Of a stretch of DNA of 64,000 nucleotides, positions 56,708-64,000 are shown piece after piece (the first letter of the stretch is position 1; every line of letters starts with the position of its first letter). The notes beneath the pieces were generated by a model, which worked only from the letters and a program-made list of their open reading frames with translations, did not search any database and had not been told where the DNA came from. The translations under genes and the position numbers were made by a program. Source of the DNA: an uncultured Solirubrobacteraceae bacterium (lineage in GTDB: Bacteria; Actinomycetota; Thermoleophilia; Solirubrobacterales; Solirubrobacteraceae); the NCBI GenBank assembly GCA_964588985.1, contig CAZPQW010000011.1:32001-96000 (forward strand). Reading direction: 5' to 3'.

Positions 56708-57169
56708 ATGCACATACACACAACTCACACGCGAGATGCGGCGCTGCGCGAGCTCAACCGGCTCACCCGCTGGATGATCGCCGGCAGCATCGTCCTCACC
56801 GGGATTCTCTCCGATGTCGCTGCGAGCGCATTCTCTGGAAAAGCGACCAAGCACAACGCGAAGAGCAAGAGCGCGGCCGCTCACCACAAAGCACCCAAGA
56901 CCTCCACCGGCACCTCCACCGGCGTGCTCAAAGCGCCGGCCCAGACACCAACCACGCCGACGGAAGAACCTTCACACGAATCGACTCCCCAGGAATCCGC
57001 TCCGACGAACGAATCCGCGCCCGCGCAGGAACCCGCCCCGGAACAGGAATCCGCACCGACGCAGGAATCGGCGCCGGCGCAGGAAGCGCCCCCCGAACCG
57101 ACGCAGGAAGCAGCGCCCGAACCAGCGCCGGCGGAAGAATCGGGTCCGGTCGTCTCGGGAGGCTCCTGA
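56708..57169 (+). CDS. Exported low-complexity protein with QESAP repeats and C-terminal VVSGGS
   Basis: N-terminal hydrophobic segment, Pro/Glu/Thr-rich repeats; stop overlaps the apbE start. Confidence 0.75.
   Translation: MHIHTTHTRDAALRELNRLTRWMIAGSIVLTGILSDVAASAFSGKATKHNAKSKSAAAHHKAPKTSTGTSTGVLKAPAQTPTTPTEEPSHESTPQESAPTNESAPAQEPAPEQESAPTQESAPAQEAPPEPTQEAAPEPAPAEESGPVVSGGS
56990..57121 (+). repeat. Imperfect 18-bp coding tandem repeat (CAGGAAT/ACCGCNCCG...) encoding QESAPT-like hexapeptides
   Basis: About seven units: QESAPT NESAPA QEPAPE QESAPT QESAPA QEAPPEPT QEAAPE. Confidence 0.8.
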
Positions 57170-58134
57170 TGGGCGCCGCCCACGGCGCGCCAGAGCAGCT
57201 CCCCACCGCCAGGTGGGAAGCGCTGGGTACGACCGTCGTGCTGCGCCTCACCGACCCAAACGGAATCGCGGCCGCACGCGCCGCGGTGGAGGCGGACCTA
57301 TCGGCCGTCGATCGGGCGTGCAGTCGCTTCCGGGCAGACTCGGAGATCTCGCGTATCAACGCGCAAGCGAGCCGTTCGCGGAAGGTCAGCGCACTGCTCT
57401 TCGAGGCGCTCGAGCTCGCGGTCAGAGCCGCGGAGCTGACCGACGGCGACGTCGACCCGACCGTCGGGCGCGCGCTCGAGCTCGCCGGCTACGACCGCGA
57501 CTGGCATCAGCTCGCCCCACCGGTGGGCGAGCCCGAGCGCGACGTGAGGGTGACCGCACGCGTCATCAGCGGTTGGCGCGCGATCACGCTCGATCGCCAC
57601 AGCGGGACGGTCCGCATGCCCGCGGGGATCACGCTCGACCTCGGCGCGACCGCGAAAGCATGGGCGGCCGACCGCGCGGCGGCGGCAGCAGCGGCGGCAG
57701 CGGGCTGTGGCGCTCTGGTCTCGATCGGCGGCGACATCGCCACCGCCGGTCAGCCTCCCGCGGGCGACTGGCGGATCCGAGTGACCGACGATCACCGCAG
57801 CGACCCCTCCGCACCCGGCCAGACGATCGCGATCCAATCCGGCGCGTTGGCGACCTCGAGCACCGCGGTGCGCCGCTGGAGCCACGCCGGACACACGATG
57901 CACCACATCATCGACCCCCGCACGGGAGCGCCGGTGCGCGACACGTGGCGCACCGTGAGCGTGGCCGCGGAAAGCTGCGCGGACGCGAACATCGCCACCA
58001 CCGCGGCGCTCGTGCGTGGCGACCGCGCGCCATCGTGGCTCGCCGAGCAGCAGCTGCCGGCCCGCCTGCTCGATTGGCGGGGCAACGTCACGACCGTCGG
58101 CGGCTGGCCGGTGGAGAGGGCCTTGGCGGCATGA
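57169..58134 (+). CDS. apbE: FAD:protein FMN transferase (ApbE family)
   Basis: ALGTT, CSRFR.DSEI..IN, T.G.VDPTV, LDLGATAK, SIGGDI, LATSS, HHIIDPRTG.P, ANIATTA. Confidence 0.93.
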   Translation: MGAAHGAPEQLPTARWEALGTTVVLRLTDPNGIAAARAAVEADLSAVDRACSRFRADSEISRINAQASRSRKVSALLFEALELAVRAAELTDGDVDPTVGRALELAGYDRDWHQLAPPVGEPERDVRVTARVISGWRAITLDRHSGTVRMPAGITLDLGATAKAWAADRAAAAAAAAAGCGALVSIGGDIATAGQPPAGDWRIRVTDDHRSDPSAPGQTIAIQSGALATSSTAVRRWSHAGHTMHHIIDPRTGAPVRDTWRTVSVAAESCADANIATTAALVRGDRAPSWLAEQQLPARLLDWRGNVTTVGGWPVERALAA

Positions 58135-58847
58135 GCCTCCCGATCGCGGCGAGCGGCACGAGCCTCTACTGGTATCTCACCCGCTCGACGGGCGCGGTCG
58201 CGCTGCTGCTGCTCACGTTCGCGATCGCGCTCGGCGTCGCCGACGTGAAGCGTTGGAGCACCCCGCGCTGGCCGCGCTTCGTGGTGGACTCGCTGCACCG
58301 CAACGTGTCGCTGCTTGCGTTCACCTTCCTGGTGCTGCACATCCTCACCTCCGTGCTCGACAGCTTCGCGCCGATCTCGCTTTTGGACTCGGTGGTTCCG
58401 TTCGCGGGCTCCTATCGGCCGTTCTGGCTCGGCCTCGGCGCGGTCTCCTTCGATCTGATCCTCGCGGTGATCGCCACGAGCCTGCTGCGCCAGCGGATGG
58501 GCTACGGCACCTGGCGCGCGATCCACTGGCTCACGTACGCGAGCTGGCCGATCGCGCTCCTGCACGGCCTCGGCACCGGCAGCGACGTGAAATTCACGTG
58601 GCTGCTCGCGCTCTCCGTCCTGTGCATCGCGATCGTCATCGCGGCCGTCCTCGCCAGGGTCGTCGCCGGCTGGCCCGAGAACCTGCCGGTCCGCGGAGCG
58701 GCGCTCGGCGGAGCGGGGGCGTTCTCGCTGTTCCTCGTGCTGTGGCTCCCCCAGGGCCCACTCGGCTCGGAATGGGCGCGTCGCTCTGGAACTCCGACCG
58801 CGCTCCTACCCCACGCCCACGCCTCGACAACCAAGAAGAGCAAATGA
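58131..58847 (+). CDS. Ferric reductase-like (MsrQ-type) transmembrane cytochrome b
   Basis: WYLTRSTG, four heme-ligand His (SLHRN, VLHIL, AIHWLTY, LLHGLG); start ATG 58131. Confidence 0.88.
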   Translation: MSLPIAASGTSLYWYLTRSTGAVALLLLTFAIALGVADVKRWSTPRWPRFVVDSLHRNVSLLAFTFLVLHILTSVLDSFAPISLLDSVVPFAGSYRPFWLGLGAVSFDLILAVIATSLLRQRMGYGTWRAIHWLTYASWPIALLHGLGTGSDVKFTWLLALSVLCIAIVIAAVLARVVAGWPENLPVRGAALGGAGAFSLFLVLWLPQGPLGSEWARRSGTPTALLPHAHASTTKKSK

Positions 58848-60229
58848 GCGCGTCCCCGACGACAATCACCGAAGTGCGCCCCCCCTCTCACGAGCCCGTC
58901 GACGCCCCCGCGCTGCCACGGCTGCTCGCGGGAATCCGCGAACACGGCGCGCTGAGCCTCGAAGAACACCTCGCGGTCCACGGCCCTCTCGCTCCCGTGC
59001 GCAGCGGCAAGCGCAGGCGTGCGCGCGAGGACGCCCAAGCGATGATCGAGGAGGTCGAGCGCGCGGGGCTGCTCGGCCACGGCGGCGCGGGCTTCCCGAT
59101 GGCAAGGAAGCTGCAGGCGGTCGCGTCGGCACGCGGTCGCGCGATCGTGGTGGCGAACGGAGCCGAGGGCGAGCCCGCGAGCCTCAAGGACCGCACGCTG
59201 CTTGAGACGCTGCCGCACCTCGTGCTCGACGGTGCCGTCGCCGCGGCCGAAGCGGTCGACGCGGACGAGCTGATCGTGTGCGTGTGCGAAACCGCCGGCG
59301 CGAGCGTCGAAAGCGTCGCCCGGGCAATCGAGGAACGCCAGGCACGCGCCTCCGCGGGCGCCTCGCCCCGCATCAACCTCACGACCGTGCCGAGCCACTA
59401 TGCGGCGGGCCAGGAGTCGGCGCTCGTGAACTACCTAAACGGCGGGCCCGCCAAGCCGCTGTTCACTCCGCCGATGATGTTCGAGCAGGGCGTGCGCAAG
59501 CGCCCCACGCTGATCAACAACGTCGAGACGCTCGCCCACATGGCGCTGATCGCCCGCCACGGCGCGCACTGGTTCCGCCAGCTGGGGACGAGCGCCCAGC
59601 CCGGTTCCACGCTCGTCACGCTGTGCGGGCCGGTCGCCCACCCCGGGGTGTATGAGATCGAGCACGGCGCGTCGCTCGCCTCGCTCATCGACGCCGGCGG
59701 CGGGCCCACCGCGCGGGTGCGCGGAGCGCTCGTGGGCGGCTACGCGGGCACGTGGATCGCCGGCGAGCGCCTGCGCGGAGTCGCACTCTCCAAGGAGCAC
59801 CTCGCACCCCACGGAGCGACGCTCGGAGCGGGCGTAGTGCTGCTGCTCTCCGAGGCTGCCTGCCCAGTAGCGGAAAACGCGCGCGTGGCGCGGTGGCTCG
59901 CGAACCAGAGCACTCGTCAGTGCGGCCCGTGCGTGCACGGCCTGGACGCGCTCGCGGGAACCATCGAGGAGATCGCCGCGGGCGTCGCCGGAGCGAGGGT
60001 CTCCCAGCGCATCGACCGCCTCGCCTCGCTCGTCGCGCGTCGTGGCGCGTGCGGCCACCCCGACGGCGCGCTCAACCTGATCCTCAGCTCGCTGCAGGCC
60101 TTCCAGACGGAGTTCGCCGACCACGCGCGCCATGGCCCGTGCGAGAGCTGCGGCCGCGCGCCCGAGCTGCCGCTGCCGCTGCGACAGGTCAGCGACCAGA
60201 CGCTTCGCGACCTGGAGCCTCGGCGATGA
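58844..60229 (+). CDS. NuoF-like NAD(P)H/FMN-binding Fe-S oxidoreductase
   Basis: GL.G.GGAGFP, NGAEGEP.S.KDR, Y.AGQESAL, NNVETL, SLBB region, QCGPC..G...CGHPDG; start ATG 58844. Confidence 0.88.
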   Translation: MSASPTTITEVRPPSHEPVDAPALPRLLAGIREHGALSLEEHLAVHGPLAPVRSGKRRRAREDAQAMIEEVERAGLLGHGGAGFPMARKLQAVASARGRAIVVANGAEGEPASLKDRTLLETLPHLVLDGAVAAAEAVDADELIVCVCETAGASVESVARAIEERQARASAGASPRINLTTVPSHYAAGQESALVNYLNGGPAKPLFTPPMMFEQGVRKRPTLINNVETLAHMALIARHGAHWFRQLGTSAQPGSTLVTLCGPVAHPGVYEIEHGASLASLIDAGGGPTARVRGALVGGYAGTWIAGERLRGVALSKEHLAPHGATLGAGVVLLLSEAACPVAENARVARWLANQSTRQCGPCVHGLDALAGTIEEIAAGVAGARVSQRIDRLASLVARRGACGHPDGALNLILSSLQAFQTEFADHARHGPCESCGRAPELPLPLRQVSDQTLRDLEPRR

Positions 60230-60459
60230 GCCAGACCGTGCGCGTCAACCCGATCGCGTGCGAGGCGCACGGCATGTGCGCCGAGCTGCTGCCCGAGCGG
60301 ATCACGCTCGACGAGTGGGGCTACCCGATCGTCGACGGCGAGCCGCTGCACGGCTCGCAGGTCGAGCACGCCATCCGCGCGGCCCGCGCATGCCCCACGT
60401 TCGCGCTGCTCGTGGAACGAGACCGTGCGCGGGCGAAGGCCGGCTCGCGCTCGAGCTGA
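60226..60459 (+). CDS. Ferredoxin (3Fe-4S type, Fer4_15-like)
   Basis: VNPIACEAHGMCAELLPE...DEWGYP...A..ACPT.AL; start ATG 60226. Confidence 0.87.
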   Translation: MSQTVRVNPIACEAHGMCAELLPERITLDEWGYPIVDGEPLHGSQVEHAIRAARACPTFALLVERDRARAKAGSRSS

Positions 60460-60492
60460 GCGCGCTCTAGGCTCAGGGTCGCGTGACCGCCC

Positions 60493-60610
60493 ATCTGCGT
60501 GATCGCACCGATCAATGCGTAGAAACAGGCACAACGCAGTAATCTGCGCGAACGCGCATTATTGTGTCGATACAGCCATTCCTAGGTACAATATGCGCAA
60601 TCGTGCAGAT
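60493..60610. promoter_or_regulatory. Three 20-bp palindromic operators at 49-bp period upstream of hipB
   Basis: ATCTGCGTGATCGCACCGAT (60493), ATCTGCGCGAACGCGCATTA (60542), ATATGCGCAATCGTGCAGAT (60591); -10 TACAAT at 60587-60592. Confidence 0.75.
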
Positions 60611-60836
60611 GCATACACTAGACATCACCACCTCAGAAAAGATCGGACAACGCGTACGCGAGGAGCGGGGCCGCCAGGGCATCGATCAACGGACGCTCGC
60701 CATGGTCGCCAGCGTCGGGGTCCGCTCCGTCCACCGCGTCGAGCACGGCGAGCCTACTGTGCGACTGGACGTGGTGACCCGGATCCTTGCGGCGCTGGGC
60801 TTGCGCCTGGAGGTACACGGCCACGGTGAGACATGA
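60609..60836 (+). CDS. hipB: HipB-like XRE/HTH antitoxin
   Basis: IG..VR..R...GIDQ..LA..A.VG...V..VE.G..TVRL..V..IL.ALGL; ATGA overlap with hipA. Confidence 0.85.
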   Translation: MHTLDITTSEKIGQRVREERGRQGIDQRTLAMVASVGVRSVHRVEHGEPTVRLDVVTRILAALGLRLEVHGHGET

Positions 60837-62065
60837 GTCTCGGCGTCTACTGGGATGAGCAAGAGATCGGGAGGCTCGAGCGCGTGGACGAGCGGTCCCG
60901 TGAGTATTCCTTCCGCTACACGCAACGGTCCCGCGCGATCTCACTGTCGCTGCCGCTGAGCCAGGAAGACTTCACTCCCGCGGAGAGCCGTCCGTTCTTC
61001 GAGGCCCTGCTGCCCGAGGGGGCAGTGCGCGAACAGATCGCAAGTCAACTCAAGCTTGCGACGAGTGACTCGTTTGGCCTGCTCGCGGAGTTGGGGCGCG
61101 ACTGCGCCGGTGCGCTGCAGATCGTCGACAACAGGCGGACGTCAGACCAGCCATCGGTGCGCTGGCTCGACGAAAGCGAGCTGGACGAGCTGGTCGAAGA
61201 TCTTCCACGGCACCCCCTTGGGATCCAACGCGAAGATGAGCGCCTCCGCCTCAGCCTCGCCGGCGTGCAGCACAAGGCCGTGCTCGTCCGCGATGAGCAG
61301 CACCGCTTCGGGAAGCCGCTCGACGGCATGCCCAGCAGCCACATCCTCAAGCCAGAGCTGCCCGGCAGCGAATACCCAGGACTGGCTACGAACGAGTACT
61401 TCTGCATGCGTCTGGCAGCACGGTGCGGACTGTCGGCGGCCGGCGTCGAGCTGATCACGGCAGCCGGCCGTCCGTGCCTGGTGGTCGAGCGATTCGACCG
61501 CGAGCAACTGACGTGGCCGCATCGTCGCATACACCAGGAGGATCTCTGTCAGGCGCTGGGGCTGACTCCCGACTTCAAGTACCAGAAGGAGGGATGGCGG
61601 CTGCCCTCCTACCGCGCGCTTGCCGGTCTGCTGGACCAGCACGGCCCGTGGCCGGGCCTGGATCGCCTCGCCGGCGCGCAGGCCGCCGTCTTTCACTATC
61701 TGGTCGGCAATGCAGATGCGCACGCCAAGAACATCTCGCTGGTGCATGTGCGAGACGGAGTCCGGCTGGCGCCGCTCTACGACGTGGTCTCCACCGCCGC
61801 CTACCCCGACCTCAGCACAGAGCTGGCGCTGAGCATCGGCGACGAGTTGGACCCTGACGCCATCACCTCGATTCACTGGTCAGACCTCGCCAACGACTTC
61901 GGCCTCAACACAGGAGGGTTCGAGCGCGTGCGCCGAGAGCTCCTCGACCGCGTAACCGTCGAGGCACCCCGTCTACGTGACGAGGCGCGGGCCAAGAACT
62001 GGTATCAGCCCTCGATCGACAACATCATCTCCGTGATCGCGGCCCGAGGGGCGCGAGCTGTGTAA
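60833..62065 (+). CDS. hipA: HipA family Ser/Thr kinase toxin
   Basis: F.Y...ISLSLPL, FF..LLPEG..R, GRDCAGAL, SLAGVQHK, SHILKP, NEYFCM.LA, VERFDR, HQED.CQ, GNADAHAKN.S, LAPLYD. Confidence 0.95.
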   Translation: MSLGVYWDEQEIGRLERVDERSREYSFRYTQRSRAISLSLPLSQEDFTPAESRPFFEALLPEGAVREQIASQLKLATSDSFGLLAELGRDCAGALQIVDNRRTSDQPSVRWLDESELDELVEDLPRHPLGIQREDERLRLSLAGVQHKAVLVRDEQHRFGKPLDGMPSSHILKPELPGSEYPGLATNEYFCMRLAARCGLSAAGVELITAAGRPCLVVERFDREQLTWPHRRIHQEDLCQALGLTPDFKYQKEGWRLPSYRALAGLLDQHGPWPGLDRLAGAQAAVFHYLVGNADAHAKNISLVHVRDGVRLAPLYDVVSTAAYPDLSTELALSIGDELDPDAITSIHWSDLANDFGLNTGGFERVRRELLDRVTVEAPRLRDEARAKNWYQPSIDNIISVIAARGARAV

Positions 62066-62099
62066 GCAGGACCACTGAAGCGCAGGCCCACGGCTACGT

Positions 62100-62972
62100 T
62101 CAGCCCCCATACATGTGCGAAGCCGCCAGCCCGGACCACCGTCCATAGCGCTCGAAGAACTCCCGCACCTGATACTCCTCGGCGTAGGCGTTGGGATCGC
62201 CGCCGCTGAGCGCGCGCCCGACGAGCTTGAGCAGTCCGAGATCGCCGGCGGGAACCTGGTCGTAGCGGCCCTGTCCATAGAGGGCGAGCATCTCGACCGT
62301 CCACGAGCCGATGCCGGGGATCGCGCGCAGCCGTCGCCAGCCCCGCTCGTGATCTGAGTCGTGCAGGTCGATTCGCCCGCGCGCGACCTCGCGCGCGGCG
62401 CGCACGAGCGTGATCGCCCGGCATCCGGCGAGGTCGAAGGACTGGAGGCGTGCGGGCGCCGTTCCGGCGAGCACCTCGGCCGCGGGCAGATCGCGCAGCC
62501 CGTCGCCAAGTCCGTCCCGTCCAGTCCAGCGCCTACCCAGCGCGCCGAGCACGCGGCGCTCGATCGCCGCGGCGCGCTCGTACTCGATCAGCTGCTCGCA
62601 GATCGCCCACGCGAGCGACTCGAACGGCTCCGGCCGGCGGACAGCCCGCAGCCATGGCCGTGCGCGCACCGAGCGTCCGATCAGAGGGTCGCGGGCGAAC
62701 TCGCGCAGGAACGCGCCGAGGTCGTCGTCGACCCCCAGCGCGAAGCGCATCCGCTCGATCCCGTACTCGGCCGCCGCGTTCGTGGGCGCCCACGCGCCGA
62801 ACAGCACCGTCTCGGGCGAGGTCTGTGCGACCCGCACGAGCACGGGCTCGTCGTCGTGGTGCAGCAGCCGTTCGAGCACTCCCCCGCGCCGGCGCAGCAT
62901 GCCGTCCATGCCCGTTCGGCGGGGCAGGCGAAATGCCCCGACGGGCGTCACCTCCCGGCGCAGCTCGACCAA
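62100..62972 (-). CDS. alkA: DNA-3-methyladenine glycosylase II (AlkA / HhH-GPD family)
   Basis: PFESL.WAI..Q, HhH L.AIPGIG.WT, P.GDLGL, W.G.A..H. Confidence 0.82.
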   Translation of the reverse strand: MVELRREVTPVGAFRLPRRTGMDGMLRRRGGVLERLLHHDDEPVLVRVAQTSPETVLFGAWAPTNAAAEYGIERMRFALGVDDDLGAFLREFARDPLIGRSVRARPWLRAVRRPEPFESLAWAICEQLIEYERAAAIERRVLGALGRRWTGRDGLGDGLRDLPAAEVLAGTAPARLQSFDLAGCRAITLVRAAREVARGRIDLHDSDHERGWRRLRAIPGIGSWTVEMLALYGQGRYDQVPAGDLGLLKLVGRALSGGDPNAYAEEYQVREFFERYGRWSGLAASHMYGG

Positions 62973-62992
62973 CTTGCCCAGCGCTCCGACCT

Positions 62993-63418
62993 TCAGCGCT
63001 GGGGGTCAGCGCCGGGGCGGCCCAGCAGGTGCACGTCGACGAGCATCGAGCGGCTGCTCACGACCTGCATCACCTCGCCCGCCTGGCTGCGCTGGCGCGC
63101 TCCGGCCTTGCTCAGGGCACGCCCCGCCCGTCGACCGCTGCTCAGAGCGGTGGATTGACGCTGGCGGCGGTGCACCAGCCCCAGTACCGCGGCGCCGGCG
63201 ACGAACCCACCGGCGGCGACAGCCGCCGCCTGCACCGCGGGGATCATCGCGGCCGGCCGTCGCGAGCTTGCGATCGTGCCGGGGAACGCGCGTGCGTCCA
63301 CGATCCGCGGCGGTCCCGACAGGACCGGCAGCGCGTCCACCACCTGCCCGTCCACGTCCTCGATCGGGCCGTCGTCGTGAGTCTCAGCGGCCGGATCGGG
63401 CTCAAGCGGATCGCTCAC
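62993..63418 (-). CDS. Hypothetical protein
   Basis: Leaderless-type TACACT 7 nt before GTG; hydrophobic VQAAAVAAGGFVAGAAVLGLV segment; C-terminal SRSMLVDVHLL. Confidence 0.65.
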   Translation of the reverse strand: MSDPLEPDPAAETHDDGPIEDVDGQVVDALPVLSGPPRIVDARAFPGTIASSRRPAAMIPAVQAAAVAAGGFVAGAAVLGLVHRRQRQSTALSSGRRAGRALSKAGARQRSQAGEVMQVVSSRSMLVDVHLLGRPGADPQR

Positions 63419-63460
63419 CCGGCGAAGTGTAGAGGGAGCCTCAGACCGCTAGGACGGTCG

Positions 63461-64000
63461 CTAGTCGAGTACGCGCTCGTACACGCGATAGCGCCGCTTG
63501 ATCTCGCCGCCCATGCCTTCCATGGCGCGGTTCATCGGCTTGTTCACCTCGAGGATCCAGCCCATCTCCCCGCCCTTCTGCGGGGTGCGTTCTGCCGCGT
63601 CGAAGTGCATCTGGTAGAAGCGCGCGCCGACCCCCGTGTGCTGGTACTCGGGCTTGACGCCGAGAGCGAACACGCGCACCGCGTCGATCTTCGGTTTCTC
63701 GCGCAGCGCGGTGATCCAGCCGAACGGCAGCAGGCGCCCGTTCATCTTGCCCAGCACCTGGTTGAAGTCCGGCAGCGACAGCGCCGCGCCGACGACCTCG
63801 CCGGTGTCCTTCTTTTCGGCCACCATCGCCCAGTTCTCGTCGAGCACCGGTTTGAGGTCCTTGGCGTAGTGGCGGACCTCCTCCTCGTTGAGCGGCACGA
63901 ACGCCCAGTTGCGCTCCCACGCTGAGTTGTAGACCTCCAGGAAGCGGGTCACCTCGGCGTGCAGGTCCTTCTTGCGGAAGTTGCGGCACACGATCCCGTG
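63461..64000 (-). CDS. GNAT-fold N-acetyltransferase-like protein (YghO-like; 5' end outside the window)
   Basis: YNSAW..NW.FVP, LPDFNQ, NGRLLPFGW, LGV.PEYQ..GV, WILE.N..M, KRYRVYE. Confidence 0.82.
   Translation of the reverse strand, partial: HGIVCRNFRKKDLHAEVTRFLEVYNSAWERNWAFVPLNEEEVRHYAKDLKPVLDENWAMVAEKKDTGEVVGAALSLPDFNQVLGKMNGRLLPFGWITALREKPKIDAVRVFALGVKPEYQHTGVGARFYQMHFDAAERTPQKGGEMGWILEVNKPMNRAMEGMGGEIKRRYRVYERVLD

Noticed and set aside
56990-57121. 18-bp tandem repeats as CRISPR or non-coding VNTR
   Set aside because: In frame, without unique spacers, and encoding a Pro/Glu linker
60493-60610. Repeat-spacer pattern (20-bp repeats, 29-nt spacers) as a mini CRISPR array
   Set aside because: Only three degenerate short palindromes, no cas genes, and they overlap the hipB promoter; operators explain them better

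Overview
Very GC-rich bacterial DNA, most consistent with an actinobacterium of the Thermoleophilia/Solirubrobacterales type (inferred from gene content, gene order and frequent leaderless starts). The left ~22 kb is a mostly housekeeping backbone (clpC, lysS, greA, dusB, coaX, folK/folB/folP, ftsH, hpt, tilS), interrupted by an ECF sigma/anti-sigma/cupredoxin unit and an MMPL+SnoaL pair. The most unusual element is a module present twice, in inverted orientation and clearly diverged (22.7-29.2 kb minus; 47.3-53.7 kb plus): PadR regulator, degenerate ABC ATPase, LolD-type ABC ATPase, large FtsX/MacB-type permease and DUF2600 (YtpB-like, class IB terpene synthase family) protein, each accompanied by a small IclR-type HTH protein that lacks an effector domain. 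Between the copies lie a sirtuin, beta-oxidation genes, a secreted C5-epimerase-like protein, a CoxD/CoxE-type pair, a TPP riboswitch with thiXYZ-type ABC genes, a PAS hybrid kinase with a REC-HD-GYP partner, a PFK with the PPi-type signature and an HDAC. The right end holds a two-component system divergent from an ApbE/ferric-reductase/NuoF-like/ferredoxin cluster, a hipBA-type TA locus preceded by three palindromes at an exact 49-bp period, alkA and a partial GNAT gene. I saw no rRNA, tRNA, CRISPR array or transposase. All family assignments come from motif recognition by eye; no searches were run.
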